Shown here: piece by piece, positions 39,116 through 48,605 of the stretch | Layout: every line of letters begins with the position of its first letter | Position numbering within the stretch: the stretch's first letter is position 1 | Source of the DNA: Oikopleura dioica | Taxonomy: Eukaryota; Animalia; Chordata | Length of the DNA: 64,000 nt | NCBI GenBank assembly: GCA_907165135.1 | Contig: OU015568.1 | Span: 4,898,001 to 4,962,000 of the forward strand | Direction of reading: 5' to 3' | Program-made: the position numbers and the translations under genes | The notes under the pieces: generated by a model | What the model was told of the DNA's origin: nothing | The model's input: the letters and a program-made list of their open reading frames with translations, nothing else | Databases searched by the model: none

Positions 39116-40159
39116 ATCCTTCCTTCCTCTTTTTCAAAATCAAAATCACTCTCTCCAAAAATGTATAATCTTTAACCACTTCTCTAGCTCCTTAGCCACT
39201 CTCTCTCTTTCTGTATCCATGTCGCTAAGGGTTGCTTCTAGCCCGGTAGTGCCATGTTGCCCCGAAGGCGCTGCTCTTTTAAGGGGCAGCCTCTGCTAAT
39301 CACTCTTATTTTTGGTCCCTTATGATCTGTTTTCACAAGGAGGGGTGCCTAAGTACTTCTTTTGTCCTGTCTCATGACCGTTTTGAAACATCGATAAACG
39401 GGTTAAGCGCAATTTTAACCCGTCGACACGCGATTTGTTTTCACTAAAACACGCGTAAAATGATCGATAAACGCGAGGGCTCGACTTCATTTTCCCCAAT
39501 TCCGGTGCTAGCTTCTCTCTTCTTTATTTCTTCTTTTTGTCGGTGACACAATTCCACAATGCGTTCACCTTCTTGTGGCTTTCGATTTTCAAGAGCCACC
39601 GAATGACCCTTAATCGGCGAAAAAAGGCGAGATCTGAGCGCACGCGAGTGCTCCGCCACGATGAGCTCATCGTTGAGTTTAGAGCATTGTAAATTGTATG
39701 TATATCTTATTCTTCTATGTTTTGCCCTGTGCCAGCAATACACAAAATCAAAGAAATCATGAGTTCGAGGAAAAATTTAACTCAAAAATACTTCCATCGC
39801 ATGGGTTCTCCGGGGTCCTTCAAGAGGTCACATGATTGATTTTTATGATGGATCTGATTCAGATGAGGTCCTCCGGGGTTCCCCGAAGGTTCACGTGATA
39901 AACTTTCTCGGAATAATTACGGTCACATTGCGAAAATAAGAAGAATTCCGCGGAATAGATTTTTCTTCTTTTAGCCTAAAGTATTTCCAGTAAGAGGGTC
40001 CTCCATGCTAGAATTGCACGATTGGTGGTGCTTATTCGGGCTTTTGTTATCGGGGCAGCCATCAAATATCATCGGTATTCACATTATTACATCCCTTATT
40101 CTCTTGATCAAGATAATTTGGGAAATTTATTTAATTTGGATCGAGAGTCTCAACCTTAA

Positions 40160-40892
40160 GGGACCCCTGGAAGCAGCGCCGAGCTCAACTTCACGCGCTC
40201 ACGGTTCTTGTTCGGATAAAGATTTTTACAAGTTTCTTTTTGCAAATCGCATCTGCAATTCATCAGCTTTCTTTTCCAATTTTCAGTTTTCTCTATCATA
40301 AGAAATCAATGAGATAGGGAGAGAAAGAGAAATTAAACTTCAAATGGCATCAAGTCTCGTTATTTATATCTTATTTTCATGAAACCTGCACCATTGAAAA
40401 GCCCATTAAATTCTGCACAGATCTTACTTAATCCGCAAAGCTCAAAGTTTACAAATCGCCCAGGAAGCGCTGATTAAAAGAGGAACTTAGCGCGCTCAGC
40501 TCGGTTGGACGCTCCGATGCAGCTATTTTGGGCTCCCGGGACATGATTCCCGCTGGGCGCGCGCTAAGGTTTCTTGTTTATTTGACCTTTATCGTAATTA
40601 TGAACTGTTTCCCTTTGCGGATTAGGTAAGATCTGTGCAGAATTTAATGGGCTTTTCAATGGTGCAGGTTTCATGAAAATAAAATAAAAATTACGAGACT
40701 TGATGCCATTTGAAGTTTAATTTCTCTTTCTCTCCTATCTCATTGATTTCTTATGATAGAGAAAACTGAAAATTGGAAAAGAAAGCTGATGAATTGCAGA
40801 TACGATTTGCAAAAAGAAACTTGTAAAAATCTTTATCCGAACAAGAACCGTGAGCGCGTGAAGTTGAGCTAGGCGCTGCTTCCAGGGGTCCC
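40160..40892. mobile_element. TTAA-flanked foldback element with ~280-bp arms (Kolobok-like ends)
   Basis: Arms 40160-40440 and 40613-40892 are near-perfect reverse complements starting GGGACCCCTGGAAGC; TTAA on both sides. Confidence 0.85.
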
Positions 40893-41222
40893 TTAAAAAG
40901 TAATGTTGTTTCTAAAACAGGCTCGCATCGCCTAGCTTTGCGTCAATACAATTAATTCACTATCGTGTCACGTGGAAAGCCGCACCTATTTTCAGAATTA
41001 CACAAAAATGCTTCCAATGCCTAGTTTTTGAAAGAAACCTTGCTATGAAGAAATCATTTCGGAGGTGCGCTGAGTCAACCTTTCCGCAAAAAATTGTCTT
41101 GTGGGTAGGCAGTGAAACATGTTTTGATGGCTTGTTTTTACAAACCTTTCTCAAACCGCCTATTTTAAAGCTTGTTTTTAAGAAAAACATGCCGAGTGCG
41201 CGTACCTGGTACTCCACCTGCC

Positions 41223-41256
41223 TATAAAAGGGGGATCTGAACGAGCGAACTCATTC
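41223..41256 (+). promoter_or_regulatory. TATA box + Inr of the plus-strand lectin gene
   Basis: TATAAAA at 41223 and TCATTC with its A at 41253 (30 nt). Confidence 0.6.
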
Positions 41257-41286
41257 TAGCGAACTGAATACCAGGGTACTAGAGAA

Positions 41287-44176
41287 ATGAAAATTTCGCC
41301 TTTTTTGACAATTTTATCGGTCTCCGCCGAGGCTGGGCCCCTTGATTTTTGGACAGAGAGCGATATTTACGCCTACCGAGTTCAAAAGTCGATTCAGAAG
41401 AAGGGTATTGCCAACCGTTTCATCAAGAAATATGATCAAGTTAGAGACGCGATGAGATGGTTCCAGGACGAGGGTGTTTGCGACTCCGTTGTGTCTAGCC
41501 CAAGCTATGAACCGGTCGGTTTCGATGCTGTTTTTGACGCTCGGGCGAGTCCTGGCGCTAACATCGGAAGTCTTGCGGATCTTCTTGATCGCTGGACTCA
41601 GGAGAGTTTGATCAAATTATTGTTTTTCTAGCTTACCAAAAATTGTATAATAATACTTATATTTCTTGAGTATTGCCGAAAACATGAGGCAAAATTTGAT
41701 AAATTTTGAAGTCTTATGCTTGCATCGAAGATCCAGCAATATTTGAGACGATCCAGGACGCTCTTGTCGCTATGAAAAGAGTCGCAAAGTTGAAGATCAA
41801 CAGCGATAAGGATGTTTCCTTCCACATCTCTGACTATCAGATGTCATACGATCAAGCGCTTCTCTACTGCTTCAGCCAAGGCATGTGGCTTGCCGATCCT
41901 GAAGACTACGAGCAGCAAAGAGGCATTGTAAGAAGCATGACGGTCGGAAACTACGTCTGGTTCGACTCTTGGCAAGCGGCTGAAGGGGAGTGCTGGGTGC
42001 AAGAATACTTTGGCGGCGCCGGCCCGGGTGGAAAAGTCAAATATGGAGTGTCCGACGGGCCAAAAGACTGCAACAGCAAGTACTACGCTGCTTGCCAGAG
42101 CGGTCAAACTTACGAAAAATCATGCACCGCCTGGCCAATCGCCAAAATAAGAGTCAACGAGCAAGCAGAAGCTCAAGAATACTGCGAATCCGCTGGTGGA
42201 AACCTTCCATTTTTCAACGATAAAAAGGAGCTTGAGGAATGGCAAAATCGACCAGACCCCCAGCGGGAATGGCTTGGAATCGTCAGAAGCGACGAGTTTA
42301 AAAGCGGATGGGCCAAGGTCACGGGTGAAGAAGCCACTGTTTTTGCATGGGATGGAGGCGAGCCCAATGATGTTGGTGGCGATGAAGACTGCGTTTTCAC
42401 TCGAATTGATGATCCTCTCGTTTGGAACGATGTTCCCTGCACATCGCCGGGTACGGAGATCTTCCGCTGTCGAATCGACTCTACTGTCTACGTCTGGGAA
42501 GATTGTCCTGTTCCTGAGGTGCCTGAGCCACCAACTTGCGTTGATCCATGCGAAGGGAAAGAAATGTGCACTACTTTTGTAGATAGCTGTGAAATCTATC
42601 CAGAAAAGGACAATGTCGTCGGGACAATCTCGCCAACATCGAAGTACTACAAAATCTCATTTGACTTCAAGTGCACGGACCAGGTTGATCCAGAACTGAC
42701 TGTACCATCAGCGAACGTACTTCGATTGGATACCCTGGAACCGGGCGCTGCGTACATACCCAGACAACCTCTCTACTTAGAAGTCGGAACTTATCGAGAT
42801 GACCCGCTTTCATACTGGGTTTACGGCAACGCTGTCTCACAAGAATACTCATCCGATCTGATTGATGTTTTGGTCAGTAAAAATACGCCGTGTACAACAG
42901 AATGGGACTCTTTCACTCTCGAACGAAGTACAGTCGATGGCGTGAATTCAAGATCTACAATGACAAGACACTCTGATGGCGCTCTTCTTTTCGATTACAC
43001 CCAACCAACAGCCGACGTTCAAGAAATGCCACCAGTTCTCTACGCTCGCGTTAGTTCAAACATTTACGAACCTTCACGACTCTACCCAGTCAGAAACTAC
43101 TACTATGAAGAATTACCTGAACCAGTGACCGGTGCTTTTGCAATGTATTCGGCAAGCTATGCAAGTGGAATAAACCACAATGTGCTGTTGTCTCTCGACG
43201 GAGAAAAATTGGTGATCTACCTTCGGCGGGTTTCCGCGCTCACGCAATACCTGCAATTATTCGCGGAACAGTTTACATCTTCGGGGATACGAGAAATATC
43301 CAGATGCTGAATATAATAAGGTCTGTTTATGAATCCGACAGCAAAAAATAACAAAAATAATCAAATATCTTTCGGTGCTTATTATGTTAGTTTTATCACA
43401 AATTGTGGGCTAAGAATATTTTTGAGATTGCAAAGCTTTTGGGCGATGAGTTTGTTGACGTTCCACTTACCTTACCAATGAGAACAAGAACCTGGGGCCA
43501 ATCGATGACAATCAACGACAATACCGAAGGTTTCTATTTTCATTTCATTCATTTTCATATATTCTGATTTAGCTTTAATTTGTTCCCTGGGAACTTGTCA
43601 AATCTTTGACGAGGAGTCTCTTGCTACTACTCCTTCTTACCAATTTGGCCATTACTATGGCTGCATGGCCGAATATCAAGGCAATCCAACACTTGTTGGT
43701 GGTTTCATCAACGGCGGAGAACCCGAGTCATTTATTGACGGAAATTGGGCAGCTCTTCCACGCCCTTCCGATCCATCGTAAGAAAATTGAATGATTTAAA
43801 AAATTAATTAACAATTCCTTTTTAAAGGGTCGAAAAGGTGTATTCAAGCGCTTGTTTTGGCCTCGATGATGGTTCATTTTTGAAGGTCGGTGGCAAACCT
43901 TCGGGTGCAGACTTTGTGAAATCTGTCTGGTTGCTTAGAGAAGGAACATGGTCACAATTGGCCGACTTGCCAGAGGTAACTTTCCAAAATATTTTCTACC
44001 TATGAAGTTAATTTTAGGAATTTGATTCTTATTACAATATGCGAATCGGAAGCTTGTACTTCATGGCTGGTAACGGATACACTGGCGGTAAGATCCGTCG
44101 AATGGAAATCGAAGACAACACCATCGTTTCAACTGAATCAATCTATGATTCATACGGAATGCTTATCCCTAACTAA
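41287..44176 (+). CDS. Paralog of the 26717-29175 gene: signal + helical module + C-type lectin + extra ~200-aa domain + kelch-like propeller
   Basis: N-terminal half is nearly identical to the minus-strand copy. Kelch-like exons at 43.2-44.2 kb (AIIRGTVYIFG, TLVGG, LKVGG). Two single-base losses in homopolymers (~43205, ~43284) are needed to keep frame, so this is either assembly error or a young pseudogene. Confidence 0.7.
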
Positions 44177-44298
44177 AAAGTTCTCACCAAACTATCCTGT
44201 CGAAAATTTGCCGCCATCAAAATTTATTTCAGTACTGATCGTATCTTATTCTTTTGTCTTGCCCTGTGCTAGCAATACACATAATTAAACGGCAACTA

Positions 44299-44713
44299 CT
44301 ATTTTCAGGAGTTTGAAAAATTTGGATTAAAATTTTTGTAGTCAATTTTCATTTTAATTTCCAAAGTGGAGATTTTTTTCTGGAACTGTTTCTCAAAAAA
44401 TTTCATCGATTCCATTTGGACCAAAAATAGCACCTTGTTCAGACCGATTTTTAAGGGTGTTAGAGTAATAATTAAGGGTATCTGACTGGGGCAAAATAAA
44501 GCCCAGGCCCCGAGCCAGGTTTTTACCGGGGTTTAAGGGGCCGGGAGGCCCTTAACACCCTTGAAAATGGGTTTGAACAAGGTGTTATTTTTGGTCCAAA
44601 TGGAATCGATGAAATTTTTGAGAAACAGTTCCAGAAAAATCTCCACTTTTGAAATTAAAATGAAAATTGACTACAAAAATTTTAATCCAAATTTTTCAAA
44701 CTCCTGAAAATAG
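44299..44713. mobile_element. Foldback element, ~155-bp arms
   Basis: CTATTTTCAGGAGTTTG... / ...CAAACTCCTGAAAATAG; GC-rich core shared with the neighbouring element. Confidence 0.75.
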
Positions 44714-44784
44714 GAGCAGCCTAATTAAACAGATTATTGAGTTTTTATTTGCGTTAGAAAAAATGACGATTTTTCGGCTATGGT

Positions 44785-45089
44785 CAATTTCAGGAGTTAA
44801 GAAGATTTGGAGTAAGCTAAAAGGAGCAACTTTATTTTCCGGAAATACTCCAAATCGGAGCAAAATTTCAAAGCCGATTTTAAGGGTGTTGCAGAAATGT
44901 TAAAGGGTATCTGAATAGCTCAAAAGAAAGCCCGGGCCCCGAGGCGCGTTTTCGCCGGGTTTTGAAAGGGCCGGGAGGCCCTTAACACCATTATAATCGA
45001 CTTTGAAATTTTGCTCCAATTTGGAGTATTTCCGGAAAATAAAGTTGCTCCTTTTAGCTTACTCCAAATCTTCTTAACTCCAAAAATTG
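44785..45089. mobile_element. Foldback element, ~100-bp arms, same core as 44299
   Basis: GGAGTTAAGAAGATTTGGAG... / ...CTCCAAATCTTCTTAACTCC; core ends GGGCCGGGAGGCCCTTAACACC. Confidence 0.75.
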
Positions 45090-45123
45090 TGTCGAGCCCG
45101 ATTTTTCGATTCTTTTGTAGAGC

Positions 45124-46580
45124 ATGTTTTATTATTTACTCACAACTACTTTTAGAATCGACAAATCACCAATATTAAAAGAAAAAACGAGGATAATTGA
45201 GTTTTATAATTTTGGTTATGAAAATAACATCACATCCGAAAGAACTGACGAGAGAAAATGTGAGAATCTGGTTGAAAAGCTTTGTAAAGAAATTGAAGAG
45301 AACAACAAGCCGAACTGATTTGGACAGACTCATTTTGTCCGTTGACAGAATAGAATTTGATTATGATCATAGAAGGTTGAAACTTCGAACAGTTCGGGAT
45401 CCCGAATGATTCGGGATTTCCCGAATCATTGGAAGAGAAAATGGGGTTTTAGTCTTCGAACGATTCGGAATTTTTTTCGATGTTTGTTGTCCGTAAAATA
45501 AAATAAAAAGTATAGAACAACTTAGTAGTGATCCGTTTGGAAATCAATCGATGCTCCATAGCCAAGAATATATTTTTTACAAAGAATGGGTAAATCACCC
45601 GTAAAATTTTCTACAAGACAGGCGCGAAGCGCATTCAAGCTCGTTGACTCTATAAATCATAGGAATTTGAACTTCTGACAATTTCTGTTAATTCGAATAA
45701 TTACCTTCCGTTAGATGAAAGTTCCTTACACTCCCTAATCATTCGGAGAATCCGGAATGGTTCGGGCATATCCCGAATAGTTCGGGAAAATCCCGAATGG
45801 TTCAGGAAATCCCCGAATGATTCGGGATCCAGAACTGTTCGAAGAGACAACCATCATAGAAGGTCTTTGTGGTCGGAAGTTATCTTTGAGAATGGAAAAC
45901 TACGCCTTTATTACTTTAATGCTGGTGATGAAGACTGGTCCGAAGAATTGACAGTAACGTTATTGCAAAGAGAAATACTTGAAAGCAATTCAAGTCTGAA
46001 TGGGAGAAAAATCAGACGATCAGAATTAAAAGAAGAAAATGGCGAGTGGACAATCGACCCTTTTTCATTTTACCATTTATTTGAAGAAAATGATATTCAC
46101 ACTGGTGGTGAAGCTATTGTATTAACTGTCAAATTCGGTGAACTAGCCGTAGCAGCTCGCGTTCAGGTTTTGATCCGTATCTTTTCACGGAAAAGATTGA
46201 AGATATTGAGTTTGAGATCAACTTGTCAGAAGGTCATTCTTAATTCTTGCGAAAATATTCATTTTATTTTAGACTACCATATTGCGACCAGGCATGATTA
46301 TGATAATACTATTCCCTATCATCCAAACGTTATTAAAAATTATGCAAACATCGAAATCTTCGCGAGTCACGACGAGATAAAAGAAGATTGCATTGGATGG
46401 ATCACTCTTATGGAGAAATGTGACTCAAATTTGAGAGCTCGATTAAGGGGGTAGAACTAGGTTTTTCGAAAATAGCCGATTCTAGACCGGCGCTCAAAGC
46501 CAGGAGAGCTTAGATTTTCAAATTCTCTCTTCGGCTGAAGATAGAACAAACTTAGATCTAACAACATTTTTTTAATTTTT
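45124..46580 (+). CDS. Protein with a kinase-like N-lobe/hinge fragment; catalytic C-lobe not found (possibly truncated)
   Basis: HPNVIK...WITLMEKCDSNLRARL resembles kinase subdomains IV-VIa. Upstream exons join in frame through a 37-bp GA-AG intron and the 487-bp element-derived intron. No HRD or DFG motif seen. Confidence 0.45.
45375..45852. mobile_element. Mutator-like MITE forming an intron (introner-type)
   Basis: TIR GGTTG-nnn-CTTCGAACAGTTC...; 9-bp TSD ATCATAGAA (45366-45374, 45853-45861); TTCGGG/CCCGAA subrepeats. Confidence 0.85.
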
Positions 46581-47017
46581 TTCGTCAACCCATTTTGGCG
46601 CTAGAGAGCGAAACGTCAACCCACCTCTTCGAAAATCTCAATTTTACAGTAATCCCTTTAAATATAAACCTATCATAAAAATCATAAGTCATATGGTGCC
46701 GAATGGCTGTCATCTCAAGTTCCAGAAATCGAAAATATACAAAAAATATTGAGGGTAATTTCGCTAAAGAACAATATGCAGAATTTCGGTATTGACGATC
46801 CAAATATAACGAAGTCCTTTGCAATGGCAATAATGAAACAATCCTTGACAAGGCAAATTAATTGTGACTTCGAAAGCTTGACCAAAAACAGCCTTGACCA
46901 AAAGACACGAACCTCTGCGTACCAATTTCGATTTCTATTCTTCTGAAATGGGCGATAGAGAATGAAATAAAGGACAAATCCTTGCTAAATCTCGAAGAAA
47001 TCTTGATTATTCTAACA

Positions 47018-47710
47018 ATGGTTATTTATCCTCGGAGCTTGGCCGGGCTGAATCTTAATCCAAATAAAGAAGAACAACAATATCAAGAAAATGAAGTTGA
47101 GATTCTTTTGAAAAGGTTGAAATTGAAAACATATTTGAATAAAAGTGGTTGTGATATCTTATTCGAGCATTATTATGATATTGATGAATATGATGGAACC
47201 GTGGAGTCCGCTCTCTTTAATTATCAAAAGGGTATATTGTCAATATAATGTTCAAATATTTTTCAGTACAATAACTCATGTTAAGTTCTTCTTCACAATA
47301 ACTACAAATTTGACCGTCCACTCACCGTGACCGGTGCCTTTTTCATTTCGGATGGCGACGTAATCTTCCACCAAATGACTCTTGATCGCATCGAAGGCGA
47401 TCAGTACGTTCTTCAAAACACTGTCCATTCTCATTTTCCTCCTCAACTTCGGATCTTTGTTCAAAACCGTTATTACGCTGACTACAAAATGATGAAGGAG
47501 TGTATGCGATCTTTCGGCGACTATGTCTACCACGGTCCGAATGGCGAATTTTTTCATGTAGCAAACGAGCGATGCAATAACATGTATTCTAACGAGTGGT
47601 ATCTTCTTCCTCAAGCCTATTCTATCACTCTTACTCCTAAATATTTTTCTTCTGATTCTGATAGCAAAGAAGACAGTGCCGAACCAAAGGAGAAGAAGCC
47701 CAAAAATTAA
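47018..47710 (+). CDS. Hypothetical protein, 2 exons, start uncertain
   Basis: ORF 46982-47248 joins ORF 47327-47710 in frame (...FNYQK | VLLHNNYKFDRPLTVTGAFF...) via a GT-AG intron. Confidence 0.5.
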
Positions 47711-48605
47711 AAATTATCAAATCTTTCAGCATTCTTTCCATTTTTTCCTTCCAATTTCCAACAATTTTGCTGTGCTGCGTCTTCTGTCAAAAATGAATAA
47801 ATAATCACTTGCTCTGCTGACCACTCGCGATTCGATATTGATCCCTTCCATTTCATTTTCAAATTTCTACAAAATAAAATAGAAGAGAAATAGAAGTATG
47901 AGTTTTACGCTTGGGAAAATCAAAGGTGAATATAAAATTTGCCCCAGCTTACCAGGTAAAAGAGACTTGTCTTCCTTGATTTCAATCTTTCTGGTAAAAG
48001 AGGCGTCTTGCAACGCTTCGGCGGCTGTTTTGAATGAGAAGATTTATTTGATTGGAGGATGCAATAGATAGGGTCCGTACACAAAAATTCTAACTTTTTT
48101 GTTTCAAAAGCAAATCCTTTGAAAGTTTCAGGGGTTATTTATATGCCTTTAAGGATTCTAAAAACATAAATTTATGAAAAATACAAAAAGGGTTGATGAA
48201 ATAATCGCATTAATATGCTGAAAAATACTGTTGCATTAAAATTTCAAAAGAATTAACTATACTAGTACATTTAAACATAGCTATTTTAATTTAAATCTTC
48301 AAGAAAAAGTTTGAACACCGTCTGCAACATGCTCATTTTTAGAAAAGAAGATCAAAATTCTGCCTTCTTGCGCTGCGCAGGGCGCGCGGTGAGTCACTTT
48401 CCATATTTGGAAGTCGTAGGTTGGTCGCAGCGCAACGACGCAACCAGAAAAATTCAATTTTCATTAAATTTATATTCTAATAAAAATTAAGTTTTTTGAG
48501 AAATAAGTAACAATAGATAATTTAATATTTAAAGAAATGAAATTAAATTTTTCTTTAAAAATTCAAAAATTAAAAATTAGCGAATTAAGCTTGATGAAAA
48601 ATAAG

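Noticed and set aside
43200-43290. Programmed frameshifting or pseudogenisation in the plus-strand lectin-kelch gene
   Set aside because: Both breaks are one-base losses in homopolymers (A5, G4) within ~80 bp, typical of long-read error; raw reads are needed to decide.
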